From contig CM052817.1 in the NCBI GenBank assembly GCA_028534125.1, forward strand, positions 108,750,001 to 108,814,000: DNA of 64,000 bases, given 5' to 3'. Shown piece by piece: positions 51,172-64,000 of the stretch. Each line of letters starts with the position of its first letter. The first letter of the stretch is position 1. The notes under the pieces were generated by a model, which saw only the letters and a program-made list of their open reading frames with translations, was not told the DNA's origin and made no database searches. This DNA is from Lama glama. Lineage: Eukaryota. The position numbers were made by a program, and so were the translations under genes.

Positions 51172-51844
51172 TACATTTTGAAATATGACACATTTTCATC
51201 CTCCACTACTGTAAACTTCTTTAAGAATAACATTGCTCTTCTTCCTCTTTATTACATATTAATTTCTCTAAATATCATTATATTTTCTAAATATCACTAT
51301 AATAAGATGTGAGGCAAATTATTTTTGGTAGCCATTTTTATTCTTCCAAAAACACAAGTTCATATTAGAGACAGTCTATCTGTACGTTGAAAGCCTGCTG
51401 CGTTTTTTTGCATTCACAGAATAATAAAGCGTTTGTATATCCACTCTCTCTTGGCTTTATGAAACATGTAGTTAATGCATAAATGTGGATATAAATAGAA
51501 TGCACAATGCTCTTAGGACTTAAACAAGCTTTTAAAAAAGCATGATGAGTTATTGTAAAAAGAATAAGAGTAGTCACATGACATGAAGTCCTATTAATCA
51601 TGAATCGGCTCTCCTTGAAAGCTACTTCTTGACCTTGATCTTGTACTGTTTTTGCATAAGTCTATTCCAGGTTTCTCATGAGAATGTGCAGTTTTCTGCA
51701 CTTTCTGCAAATTCTGATTTTCTCTTTAACACATGAGAGGTGAAGAAAATGAAACAGTTTTGAAATCTGGACTTTAAAAACAGAACTCTCTTTATAGGGA
51801 TGGAGTGTATGCCTCCCTCCTCTACAGGCAGAGTTCCGGAAAGT

Positions 51845-52309
51845 TGCCGGGTCAGCTGGGAGGCGACTGTCTGCTGGTACGCCTCAGGCCTCCTCCACTG
51901 AGTTTCTCATTTTCCAGCAGACCAGCTTGAGTTTATTGACATGGTGTCTGGCTTCCAAGAGCGACAAAGTGGGGAGGTATAATGTGGAATCGCCTTTCAA
52001 GTCTTTGCATCATAATTTTTCCTGTCCTATTGGCTAAAGCAAATTGCGTGGCCAAGCCCAGATTCAAGGGGTAAAGAAATAAATTTTACTTCTTTTTTCT
52101 TTATTGAAGTACAGTCAGTTACAATGTGTCACTTTCTGGTGTACAGCACAATGTCCCAGCCATGCATATACATACATAGAATCATTTTCATATTTTTTCC
52201 CATTAAGACACAAATTTTACCTCTTGATGAGAAAAGGCAAAGTAGCATTTTGATGGGGCCCGCATACAAGGATTGGATGATTGGTGATCATTTTGGCAAT
52301 CCACCGCAT
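51845..52309 (-). mobile_element. Old MLT1 (G-J-like) LTR, interrupted by an L1 3' end
   Basis: CCTATTGGCTAAAGCAAATTGCGTGGCCAAGCCCAGATTCAAGGGG...TACCTCTTGATGAGAA...CATTTTGGCAATCCACCGCA. Confidence 0.7.
52095..52208 (-). mobile_element. Short young L1 3' end
   Basis: TTTATTGAAGTACAGTCAGTTACAATGTGTCACTTTCTGGTGTACAGCACAATGTCCCAG; TSD AAATTTTAC(T/C)TCTT at 52081-52094 and 52212-52225. Confidence 0.92.
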
Positions 52310-53879
52310 ATCCCAGCCTTATGTTCCGTAATCTCGGTGCACCTCGGTGCATCTCATTAAAGGGTAAGGATGTGACAATTGCCTTCACTGCAAACTTTAA
52401 CCTGGGCTCTGGGTCAAACGTGAGGTGTGCCTGAGGAGCCTTGTAACGTTTCTTCCTTGAAGAACATTGTGGATACTGCTGAATAGAGGAGGGTTACCTC
52501 CTAATACATAAGTTTTCCAATTTAAATACATAAGTAGCCAAAATACTAACTAGTAAACTGTTTCTCCCTTTATACATAATATGAAACTTAATGTAATTTA
52601 TTTCTCCCACTGGATTCTAACTTTCTTCAAAGTAGTAGCAACATATTTTCAGGCTTAAGCTTTGATCAAGACAACAACCTTGCCTAGCACAACGAGACTA
52701 AAATATCCCACCCATATTTTCCAAAATTAGAAGGACTTCAGAGTTTCCATAACTGCAGATGCCAAAGGCTAGCCATGAAAACCACAGGAATTTGAGCAGT
52801 CACGACAACATGCTTAATCCAGACTTTTGTATTTAGTAGCTCCAAATTGCATTTTGTAAGGTGTTTTATAAATGCATTTTCCCATAAGAAGCAAAGATCA
52901 AATAGGTCTTCCTCCTAAACAAATCCATGACGCCCACAGCATAACTAGGTTTCAAGAAATGAAGCTCTCTTCTTAAAACTGTCAAACGTGCCAAAATTGG
53001 GTGACTTCTTTTCTTTTAGTTCTTCTTTGAAAAATACATTATGGAAGACTTGAGTCTCAAGATAACGGGTCAACATGCTTAAGCTAGTATAAAGGATTTT
53101 AGGCAATGTAGCATGCACGTGGTATGGTGCTAAAAATACTGAAGCGCCTTGCATGGCTTTCTTTCCACAAATAGGCTCCTAAAATGGTTGTGGACAGGGC
53201 AGAGCGAGGATAAAGCAGTCCGGAAGTTGTAAATATGGGATTAAAGAGGTTCTATGCTAAGTTCAGTCTCTGTGGTTCCTGGGAGCCCATAAACGTTTTA
53301 CTTGATGGGTAAACAGAGGGTTAGACCTCTGGCAGTTACTCTAAGGAGGATGTAACTGCTAGAGTGTGATCCCTACCCTTTGAAGACAGCCGACCCCATC
53401 AATCAAATCCAATGATGGAGCAAGTGTAAAGGACACCGATTGTATATCAGACACGGGAAGATAAATGTTGACTATTTGCAAAGAAGGATGGGGACAAAAT
53501 TAAAATTTGGGGCTTCGGAGTTAGAGACATTGTATATCAATCTTAGCTGGGCACGCTGTCCTCTGCAGGAGAAGTGCACTCACTGCCATCCTGAATAATC
53601 CCACTAATTTATGGATTTACTGACTTACTCCCTCCAAGAGGAAGATTAAGTGGACCTTGTCCTTTTCCCACCTCACGTTATGTGTTTCATTAGCATTTTT
53701 TATAAAACACGTTTTAGGGTTTATACTTGTAATTTTGAATGTTAAAAAGATAAAAAAAAATTTTTAGTTATATGAAGGAAGGAGATTAAGAGTTAAAAAA
53801 TTATTAAGAGCTTCTGAGATGCCAAGGAAAACAAACTGAACTATGTAAAATTAATTTCTCCGTGTAAAGACCCACATAT

Positions 53880-54160
53880 TTTATTTTCTTTTTATTCTTT
53901 TTTATTGAGATATAATTGACATATAACATTATATGAGGTTCAGGTGTACAACATAATGATTTGATATTTGTGTCAGTTGCAAAATGATCTCCACAGTAGC
54001 AAACATGCATCACCAGACACAGTTACCATTTTTATCTTGTGACAAGAGCTTTTAAGATCTACTGTCATAACAACTTTCAAATAGAAAATAGAAAATTATT
54101 AACTCTGGTCACCATGATGTCCATCACATCTCCAGGACTTTTTAATTTTGTTAACTGGAA
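53880..54160 (-). mobile_element. L1 3' end (L1MA9-like)
   Basis: TTTATTGAGATATAATTGACATATAACATT...CAGGTGTACAACATAATGATTTGATA...TTTTAAGATCTACT. Confidence 0.88.
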
Positions 54161-56689
54161 GGAACTGCATATTCTAAATAATCAACATTCACAGCATTCT
54201 GTCATTTTTTCCCAAACTTCAGCAATGTGTCACGTTAGCGAAGGAAAGGGTCTTATTTGAGGGACTTTTCCAGTGGTCTCCCACAAAGCACCCAACCCTG
54301 ACTTCAAACGTTGGTCAGATAGGTACATTTGTTACTTTAGGGGGAGTTTGAGAAGGAAGGGAGGTGAGGATGGATAAGACTGAGGAAGGAGACATACAGA
54401 AGGAATAGGGTTTAAGGTCAAGACAGAGGGCAAGGCAGTAAAGACAGAAACGTGGTAATAGGACGTTGTAAAGAAACTGAGGACCTGAAAAGTCCCACTG
54501 TTGCTCTCCCGTGATCTCATCTCCCCCGTGGGTCCCTCCCCTCCCTTCCTGATAAACCCAAATCACCAACCAATGGTCGTTAAGCTGTAAGAGAATTTTA
54601 AGAGACCGTTTTTGAGTAAATGTTCCCAAAGTGGCTGAAGTTCAGCTGATGCCGTCTGCTATTACTCTGTAAGATCCCTGCCCTCTCCCCTCTGAGCTAG
54701 AACATCCCACCAGGTTGTCCTCCCGTCCAGCCTTCTAAGCACGTCTGACGTCTCAGTACCTGATTTCCCGCTGCAGTATCTAGGCTTCCAGGGCTGTTAT
54801 GTTTATCATTATATAATTCTTACCATTAATGTTTCTCTCTCATATAATAGTATTATCTTCAGCTGTTTTTCCAATGATAGGTCTTTGAATTCTGATTTTT
54901 TTTTTCAGATGACTTGTATCTGCCATGACTATCAATGTCTACATCCAACTTTCTTTCCTCAAAAACTCCACGCTGTCATGTGTTCCATGACAGACAATCC
55001 ACTTACATCAGTGCTGATAAAACAGGCAGAGAATTTTTGGCTGAAGTCTACGAAATCTTTTTTGAGTGGATGAAAGCACAAATGCATCAAGTTTTTCATC
55101 TGCAAGTAGCTATGTAATATTTCATTGTGCCCTGTGGACATCAAAAAATCTGTGCACCCTGCAGAAATACCTACCATTGTGAGTTGTTGGTACCCTAGGT
55201 CCTTCTGCACAAGAGCAGATGGCCTGTCCTAAATGTAAAGAAATTAATTCTGGATAATGAGAATGTCACAGAGCCTCCATTACAGAAGAAAAGCTCCCTG
55301 TATGATCCATTCCTGTCCTGGTGCTATTGAACATCCTTTGTAAAAGCCACAGCCTGGGTTTTTACTGGCTAATATTTCCTTGCTCTCGTATGTGTGGCTT
55401 TTATATCTTTCTGTTGGAAACAGAAGATTCTCCTCTAGTGCATGTTCATTCTCTCTCGAAGGTTTACACATGGACATTGCACACTGTAAACCCTTAAGGA
55501 TTCAGAGTGTATTCGAAGAACAAAGGCGGCTTCCCCCCTCCACACCTCCCCCCACCCAGTGTCTCCCTGCTGCCCTCTCCTAAGGGAGCAAACAGAAAGT
55601 TTGTCCTTCGTGTACAAATAATGGCAGCATTTAAAAACTTAACTTAAAAGCTGTGTTTTCCTGTTCATGTCTTTATACAAGTCATCAATAAATCAAGCCA
55701 TAATCCACTAAAAGCTTCCAAGCTATTAAGTGCTTTAGGTTTACTTTTCAGTGAGCTCATGTTTTATTCAGATTCTGGGAGAAAAGCTTCATGCTTGCTC
55801 CATCAATGGATAAACCATTCCTCTTTTCTCACAAAATATTTCATTTAAACTCAAGTAGGAATGCTCAAAGTAATGCAGAAGATAAGCCAGCCAGAGGGCT
55901 GTGTTCATATTTTGTACCTGCCCCACGTAACACTGCCAACGCTTGATTTCAACCACGTTGCTCTCTTTTCATCTAAAAAAAAAAAGAACTAAAATGACCT
56001 GAACTTTCCAAAGAAATAGGCATTCCTCCACAGTAAAACAAGTGGTAGGAAAAAAAGGAAATTGTTATAAAGGGAAAGTTAGATTTGTGACCCATAAAAA
56101 ATGAGAGTACACGAATTTTAGGTGGCATACTGTCCAAACAAATGCATCACATGGTTTTATCTTCTGTTTATTTTCAAATATGTTCAAGCCACTTTGTCAC
56201 CAGTATCACAATAACATGTAAAGGCTACTTCAAAAAGCAATTTTTCTTAGAATAGCCCATGGGCGTTAAAAAAAATGTTCCGAGTGAGAAGTAGATTCTT
56301 TAAGATACTGCAGTATTAGCTTCAGTCTTCATGAAAACAGTTTTGTTTAGAGTCCTCTTTAGGCTTTTCAGTTTTAAAATATGTTTATTGTTTCTCTGAC
56401 ATAAGATAAGAAGAAAAGAGTCCTGAAGATATTGGAAAGACAAAATGGGAGTATATTTAAAATTGGTCGGTGCAGTTTCTTTATTGACCTTCTGTTTCTA
56501 GAATTAAAATGTTCGGCGTGGGTTAATCAATGACATGTTTTGAATTTAAAAATAATCTATTTACTGTATCAGGGAAATAAACAAAAAGATGCATTAGTGG
56601 TGTTATTTTTCTCTGAAGATAAATTAGGGTCAGTGAAATCTTGAGTTAAATACGAGAGGCGATAACTAATGGAATGATCTTTCTGAGTG

Positions 56690-57550
56690 AGCATGAAAGG
56701 CTGAGTTCCAAAACACAGCTGAGAGATTTAGCCTTAGAAAAAAGAAAGACTTGCATTCCGTGGTAGCCATGGGGAAAGAAAGGACAAATGCAGGTAAACA
56801 TACAACAAGGTTTAAAAGTTTAGAGGAAAGTAGAGGAAAGTCACACCAACTGCTTAGAGAGCTCTGTGGAGAGCTGACTGTGTTAAGAGTGTGAGTGGAC
56901 CTTGCTGTGGAAAGCCAACTAGAGACCATGAAGTTAGGGTGGCACTAACAAAAACAGATGGAGATAAATCAGATAACTTGATTCATCCAAAGTTAGAAGT
57001 TTCCTAGGCAGCTCAATGGTAAGGTAAAGGAAAAATGGGTTTGAGAATAATACCAAGAGGGAAAAATCATTGTACAATGAAATTAGAGCTGGGAGACAGA
57101 GAACTGCATGTAAAAGGAGGAGAAAGAGATGAAAAGCAGAAAGATCACAGCTGGTCCCTATGAGGTCACATCTCAGAGATGGTGGGTATGACTGAGGGTT
57201 GACATACATGGTCAGATTATAATAAGTTTGAAGTTAATCTTTTGGAAAGCTAACATTTCTGGGTGGTGACAAGACATATGGTGTAGAGTAGCTCGTGTGT
57301 TATGAAGGTTAAGGTCCTAGGGAAAAACAGGTGAGGAAACAGGGAGCATCTTGACTTCGGGGTAAATTTGTCAGGTATAGATGAAGTTGTCAAGGATGAG
57401 GATTCTATGGTGATAGAGAGCAAGACCCAAACATGTTTCATGAAACAGAAGGAAAAGGGATGAAAATCATCTTGTGTTTTTCCATTCTTAAGACATGATT
57501 CCTTTCTCAGGGAACCAACTCTGTTATATGCTCTTAAATATGAAAGTGAC
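56690..57550 (-). mobile_element. LINE-2 relic(s)
   Basis: Purine-rich degenerate antisense L2-like sequence (e.g. GTTGTCAAGGATGAGGATTCTATGGTG). Confidence 0.4.
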
Positions 57551-58035
57551 TCGGAATTAGAAGAGTTCCAGAAAGGGAGAACCACTGTTGGTCGGACAGA
57601 GCAAAGATGTACTGAGACACCAAATTATTGAGAAACGTTATCTTGCGAAGAACTTCACACTTGGACGAAGAAATTGGATATATCTTAGGTGTAAGTGGAT
57701 ACTTCAGATGAGTGGATATTTATTTTTCAGTACAGAGGATTTTATAACACTTCCCACAAGTATTTATCACTGCTCCATACTTGGTTTAACAGCTATACAA
57801 AGGCGATGGAAAGATTTGCTGGAGAGCTTACATGGAGTGCAAATTACCAAGCAGCTGACCATTCTGATGTTCAAAGAGAATATATGAAATTTTTGGTACA
57901 AAAAGAAGAGTGGGAAGTTCTGGAAATTAATACATGAATGTATTACTTCTGAAGATTCCACACACTGTAATTAAGCAGAAAATCATTATTCTCACATAAC
58001 TTCTATATTATAGACCTGAGTCTGATTGCTTTTCT

Positions 58036-58088
58036 TTTTTTTTTAATGAAGTATAGTCAGTTACAATGTGTCAATTTCTGGTGTACAG
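58036..58088 (-). mobile_element. ~50-bp L1 3' terminus
   Basis: AATGAAGTATAGTCAGTTACAATGTGTCAATTTCTGGTGTACAG flanked by TTTCTTTTT on both sides. Confidence 0.85.
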
Positions 58089-58460
58089 TTTCTTTTTAAA
58101 GATTGTTTGATTCAACTATTTTTTCTGGGAAACTTTAAATAAAAATGATTTTCATGTGATAATAACTGTGAATATGTGAATGAATCAGTCACTGGGGCCG
58201 ATTAAACACACACACAGAATGATGGTCTGATGAGTGCATAATAAAGCTTTGTAGATAAATAATAGTAAATACAAATTAAGGAATCTCTCAAGAGATCAAG
58301 GGAAGAGCATGGTAAAAAGAGGTTGATGGGTGGGAGAGCGATAAAGGGAAGAGATATAAAGGAAGATTAAGGATTATAATAGAAGATGTGAACTGTAAAA
58401 TCATCTTTATAGTCTTGCATTCTCTGTCTTTGATTCATACAGTCTATGGAGTAGAAATTT

Positions 58461-58692
58461 TTTGTCTGCTTTTTAAATTTTTTTATTGATGTATAGTTGA
58501 TTTACAATGTTTCAGGTGTACAGCAAAATGATTCAGTTATATATATATTTATATATATATGCACACATATGTATATATATACATACACACACACATATAT
58601 ATTATTTACCAGATTCTTTCCCATTGTAAGTTATCACTAGATATTGAATACTGTTTCCTGTGCTATACAGTAAGTCCTTGTTTATCTATTTA
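58461..58692 (-). mobile_element. L1 3' end with internal (TA)/(CA) microsatellite
   Basis: TTTATTGATGTATAGTTGATTTACAATG...CCTGTGCTATACAGTAAGTCCTTG; TSD GGAG(T/C)AG(A/G)AATTT at 58448-58460 and 58693-58705. Confidence 0.9.
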
Positions 58693-59160
58693 GGAGCAGG
58701 AATTTAATGTTGTATCTCTCGTTTCTTTTATGAATATTGCTTATTTGAAAATTCAGATATGGTAACTTATGTCTGTTACATGAAATTTGCACAAAGAGCA
58801 GACTAGAAGAAAATATACCAATATTTAAAAGTTAAAGAAGACTTTAAATTCTTTTTAATATGTATTATATATTAACATTTTTTACAATTATGGATGCATT
58901 GCTCTTCCAGATATTATGAATGAGAAAATCCACTTCTATGGGCTGTGATGCACCTACCAAGGGCAGCAAAATGCTGGACTAATGGAAGTCATTTATCATT
59001 TTTACGTATTTTAAATGAAGTTTGTAACAGCAGAATTTGACTTTGATTATGTGGAATGGTAGGCTGAAATGCTCGAGTGGTCGTAGAAATCTTATAAATG
59101 ACTGTCCAGAAATCATTGTGATCATATTTTGAGAGAAGACAATTATTTAACATATTCCAG

Positions 59161-59238
59161 TATCTATATATCTATATCTTTATCTGTCTGTCTGTCTGTC
59201 TGCCTACCTGCCTGCCTGTCTATCTTTCTATCCATCCA
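59161..59238. repeat. Compound (TATC)/(TGTC)/(TGCC) microsatellite
   Basis: Directly visible. Confidence 0.85.
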
Positions 59239-60343
59239 ACTTTTTGCTCTACGAATTCCTTCCAAACACAAAATCATGTTTAAGTAGAAATTGAAATTCT
59301 ATACAAAATAAATGTTCTTTTGGTAGTGAGAATTTTGCATCTTACTTACAATCCAAGTTACCTATTTTATTACATTTGAAATGTTGAAATATTGAAACAT
59401 GTAAAATATCTCATTATTATAATATCTTTAAAAACTGATTAAGTATTTAAGAGAGGAAAAAAATCTGAAACTCATCTCTTAATTATATATTAAAACTTCA
59501 TTTTGAATTTCTTTTTGTGTCCATAATAACTTTCAAGCTTTAAAAAATTACTAGGACTTTAAATGTTATCATTGTTCATTTATTTAAAAATGAAGTCTTA
59601 AAAGTACATAAACTCAACAGTTATGATGTGATACATTTTGTTAATTTTACTAAATATTCCTAATTAGCTCTCTTCTGATATATATTTTTTCAATTCTTGT
59701 CTTTCGCTTTCCCAATTACACACTTTTTTTTAATTTAAATATTAGCCCTAGAGCTTCTAAAGTGAAAAATACATCCTTTGGACACTGCATACCACTGTAA
59801 AAAGTGAGTTATACTTTTTACCTGATTATTTTATAATTTAATCCCATGGGTTCAAATTCCATTGCATGTAGTCTAGGTAACTTTAAGACCCATTTACTAC
59901 ACCTTTTAAATAACAGATCACTTTCCTCACTTTATATTTTGTTTTCTTTTCGGTTGTTTATTTTCTCAGAATGTTATGAGCTTTTTGTACTAACAACCTG
60001 ACAATATAAACTTCTCAGCTTGATCTACTGTATGGGGATAAATTTAGTCCCAGTAAAAACTATTTTTCTTCTGGCCTACTTCTCTAATACCCACTTCTAC
60101 TTTGTGAACGAAACCTCTATGAACAGTGAAAGAACATTTCAACGTTTCATTGAGTGATTATTTAGTTTAGTTGGCTACGCATATAAGAACCGAGTGTTAA
60201 CTTGGCTATTTGAACTTAAATACACAATTTTCCTTCTATTCTCTTCATAAAAGTAACAATGCATTTTTGGACAAGTCTTGACATGTTGTTTTATGTATTA
60301 TTAGCATGCACTGTGTACACAAAAATCAAAACCAAAATTGTAC

Positions 60344-60601
60344 AAACTACTACATGTAAAAGTGATAAACAATGAGGGCCTACTGCACAATGCAGGGAAC
60401 TATATTCAATATCTTATAATAGCCTATAATGGAAAATAATGTGAAAACGATTGTGTGTGTATATATATATGACTGAATCACTATAATGCACACCAGAAAC
60501 TAACACAAAATTATAAACTATACTTCAGTTTTCAAAAAAAGCTATACTCAAAAATTGTCAAGAAGTTAAAAACAGAATCATTTACCAAAATAACTGCCCA
60601 A
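60344..60601 (+). mobile_element. L1 3' end plus ~60-bp extra segment inside the TSDs
   Basis: GCAGGGAACTATATTCAATATCTT...GACTGAATCACT...CACCAGAAACTAACACAA; TSD AAAA(C/A)CAAAATTGTAC at 60328-60343 and 60602-60617. Confidence 0.88.
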
Positions 60602-60789
60602 AAAAACAAAATTGTACCTTCCATGTAATGACTGATGTCACCAATAACAGTAGGCTAAGTTTAAGTCTATGCCTTATATCCCTTTGTATGTAATTAACAT
60701 ATGCAAAAATTGCCTAAAATGACATATTTGAATATACTAAAAACCACTGAATTGTACATATTAAATAGGTCAATTGTACATATAACTAA

Positions 60790-61572
60790 ATATACAGTGG
60801 AGAAAAAGTCTCTTCAATAAACTGTACTGGGAAAACTGGATTGCTAAATGCCAAAAAAAAAAAAGAAACTAAATCAATCTATTCCATCATTAACAAAAAA
60901 TACTCAAAATGAACAATTAAAGACTTAAATGTAAGACGAAAAACCATACAATCCCTAGAAGAGAACATAAGCAGTAAGCTCTCTGACATCATTCCTAGCA
61001 ATATTTTGGGAGGAATCTGTCTCAAGCAAGGGTAATAAATGCAAAAATAAACCATTAGGACTATGTCAAATTAAAAATCTTTCGCACAATGAAGAAAACC
61101 ATCAGCAACATTTTAAAAGCCTACTTATGAGCAAAGATATTTGCTAAGTATATTTGATAAGAGGTTAATATCCAAAATACATAAAGAACCCATATAGCTC
61201 AATATCTGAAAAATAAACAGTCCAGTTAAAAAGTGGGCAGAAGACCTGAATAGATATTCTTCCAAAGAGACATAGAGATGTCCAACAGGTACATGAAAAG
61301 ATGTTCAACATCACTGATCATCTGAGAAATGCAGATCAAAACTGTCATGGGATACCACCTCACACCTGTCACAATGGCCGTCATCAAAAAGTCTACAAAC
61401 AAGTGTTGGGGAGGGCGTGGAGAAAGGGGAACCTCCTGCACTGTTGATGGCAATGTAAATTGGTAAAATCACTGTGGAAAACAGTATGAAGTCTCCTCAG
61501 GAAATTAAAAATAAAACCATCATATGATCCAGCAATTAATTTCACTTCTGGGAGTTTATCCAAAGTAAACAA
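60790..61572 (+). mobile_element. LINE-1 ORF2 3' part
   Basis: AGTCTCTTCAATAAA...CTGGGAAAACTGGA...AAGTGGGCAGAAGACCTGAATAGA...GATACCACCTCACACCTGTCA...GGAGAAAGGGGAACCTCC. Confidence 0.92.
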
Positions 61573-63794
61573 AGAACCAACAAGGTAAATTATTTCTAAG
61601 CATAAATATTATTTACTCCATAAATAGACTAATATTCCTAAATTTAACCCTAGGGCTTAAAAGTTTTTATTTTAGCTCTGCAGTTTTAAGGGCGCAAATA
61701 TATACATATATATATATATAATATATATATAAAATCTCTTACCCAAGAGCCTGGTGCTCCCCATTTTAAGTGTGGGAAAGTACAGTAGAGAAAGCCTTTC
61801 TGCACAAGAGAACATTACATCTGTGCATCGTCTGAAAAAAACAAAACTCCTGCAAAACACGTGTCTCTTAAATATTATTCAGCTTACTGGAAGTCTGTAA
61901 AGGAGTTTTGGAGAATTCTCGGGCCCAGCGGGTTCTTCCATTGCTTTGGGGCAGCACCTTGCTTCTTAATCATTTTCAGGACAACGGTCACAGCTGAAAC
62001 CCCTTACTTGCTGCCTCCCTCATATCTGGTGTGTTCTCTCCCCAGTGAATCGTAACAGGAGGGTCCTCCCATTGGCCTCCTTGGAACTACCATCATTTTA
62101 TTTTCTCTTATAGTGTTACAGAAACAGGAAAAACACGCAAACCACTCTTCCGGGGGCAGAGAAAAAACACCCCTCCAAGCCATTTTCTGTGCCCCTTTTC
62201 TCGCTTAAGCCCTGCACCCTCCCCAGCCCTGGGCAATTCTCGGAGACTCTAAGTTATCTCCTCTGTGTGTCTCATCCAATCTGCTGTCTGACCCAGGACT
62301 AAAATTAGGCTCATGCTATTTCAAGCATGGGAGGTCGATAAGTGTGCTTGTTTCTCTCAAAGTTTAGAAAACAAAAATTCAGACTCCATCTTTTCATGTC
62401 ACTGCACAGCAAAAATTTACTAGTCTTTTTATTCTTTTTCCTTGCCACATTTTCATGTTAATATCACTGCTGGGAAGTTTTCCAGAAGCTCACTGAAATA
62501 CAGGAAAAATCCTAAAGAACAAGAAAAATAATAAACTCCACTTTCCTCTAGATTACTATGACATATGACTTTTTGCATACATGTGTGGAGTAAAGTCTTT
62601 CTTATGCATTTAATGTCAACATGTAATGCTAAACAATAAACAAGCAAAGAGAGGAGCAAAGATGTCAACTGAATATTTTAATGTTGCTCACATCTTTTTT
62701 CTTTTTATCCTAAGCTTCCTTGGGAAAGTAAATCAAATTTGGAGACATCTATGCCATAGATTTATTATTCTGGGTTGCTCTAATCTTTCCTTGGCTAAAA
62801 ATAACTTAGACAGCTCATTGATTATGAGGACTAATTTTTTCCTGTTGACTTAGAGGATCACAGTAACACTCATTCTTTTTAAGTTTGCGTTGTCCTGACT
62901 TGATGTCCAGGTTGGTCCATAACCCAACCAGGCAGGATCTCCCAGAGACACACTCAAGTCTTTCCCCATGTTTTAGCATTGTGGTACTGGGCATCCTTCC
63001 AGCTTCCTGGACAGAATTCTCACAATCCCTTTCCCTTAATTCTCTGCCAAAGATTTTCATTAATATACAGACCATTAGTCTCACATGAGTAAATGACTAT
63101 ATTGACAGTAGAGAAATGCTCCGCAAATAATGTCTCTGGGTCTTTAAGAAAGTTGACAGGCTCCCAAAATCCCCTTTCACATGTGAAAGACGTTTTTCTC
63201 TACTGATATTTTTGAGAGAAATCAGAGGATGGTTACATTCTGTTGTTTTAGTTTTTCTGCTGCACTTACACAACATCACCTTTTATACAACAGGAATCAT
63301 TACTACCTGGGCCCCCAAGTTGCCGGTCCTTACAAATAAAGGGTGTGCCTCTGTTTCAGTAAAACATCACAGAGAGCAGGGTCCAGAGTTGGCCCACAGG
63401 TCACACTTTGCCTGTCCCTGAGAAATGCGAAATTTTCTGCTGGGTATTAGAGGTCAAACAATAAGTAAGATGTTTCTAATCCCAAAACATTCACAAACCA
63501 GTGACAAAACACGAAGATAACTCACCATATAAAACATCTTATAAGAAGTGTTAAATGAATGAGAATGCCAAAGGCCGGAATTAATAATTGAGGTTAAGTA
63601 TTTGGTAGAACATTTTGAATTGGGAAATAAGAAAAACATATTGTTATTGTTGTTTAACCACTATTGCTGTGCACATTTAATACTCAAAATTTCAATTCAT
63701 TTTAATTAAATTTATTAATTTAAATTTCTTAAAAAACAAAAAGAAAGATTTTTTTGTACATCATAACTCATTTTTATTTCATTTTTAGGAATCT

Positions 63795-63985
63795 GTATTA
63801 TTGTATAATTTCTATACAGTAAACTACACATATTTCAGGTGTAGAATTTGATGAATTTTGATAGATGTCTACACCCATGAAACCACCACCACAATCAAGA
63901 TAGCAGCTAGCATTTCCATCACTCCCCAAGAGGTGCAAATTTCAAATTCCTTATTTATGCCTTGCCACTCCCACACTTCCCCTGG
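63795..63985 (-). mobile_element. Old L1M 3' end
   Basis: ATACAGTAAACTACACATATTTCAGGTGTAGAATTTGATGAATTTTGA...AACCACCACCACAATCAAGATA...CATTTCCATCACTCC. Confidence 0.8.
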
Positions 63986-64000
63986 TAGCCGTAAGTTTAT

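Noticed and set aside
50645..51233. ORFs of 184-191 aa in the ORF track
   Set aside because: Artefacts of the second N gap
57588..57887. GRRNWIYL resembles the IS66 transposase GRKNWLF motif
   Set aside because: One short motif in mammalian DNA, with no other transposase features or terminal inverted repeats
1..64000. Prokaryote-type systems (CRISPR, operons, IS elements) or endogenous non-retroviral virus genes
   Set aside because: No repeat-spacer arrays, no long non-L1 ORFs and no viral motifs I can recognise; a BLASTX search would be needed to exclude decayed viral fossils

Overview
AT-rich, repeat-dense mammalian DNA, almost certainly camelid (alpaca/llama/camel). The assignment rests on four tRNA-derived Vic-1-type SINEs and young L1 3' ends that I recognise from memory as camelid-type. 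I could not identify any intact protein-coding or RNA gene. The window looks intronic or intergenic and has two 500-N assembly gaps. It is dominated by LINE-1 pieces of several ages, L2/MIR relics, MLT1 and ERV LTRs (one LTR nested in another), and hAT MITEs (MER53, MER20, MER5). Most notable: (1) a TSD-bounded 3.07-kb L1 with 5'UTR, ORF1 and 3' end but almost all of ORF2 missing; (2) atypical L1 insertions (twin-primed inversions, a probable 3' transduction, a 3'UTR-less A-tailed copy); (3) an orphan mini CpG island; (4) a perfect 20-bp double-AP-1 palindrome; (5) a speculative hand-built micro-exon chain encoding an ITAM-spaced YxxL pair. All repeat family names are from recalled consensus sequences, not a database search, and boundaries of old repeats are approximate. 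I found no solid evidence for a new biological system.
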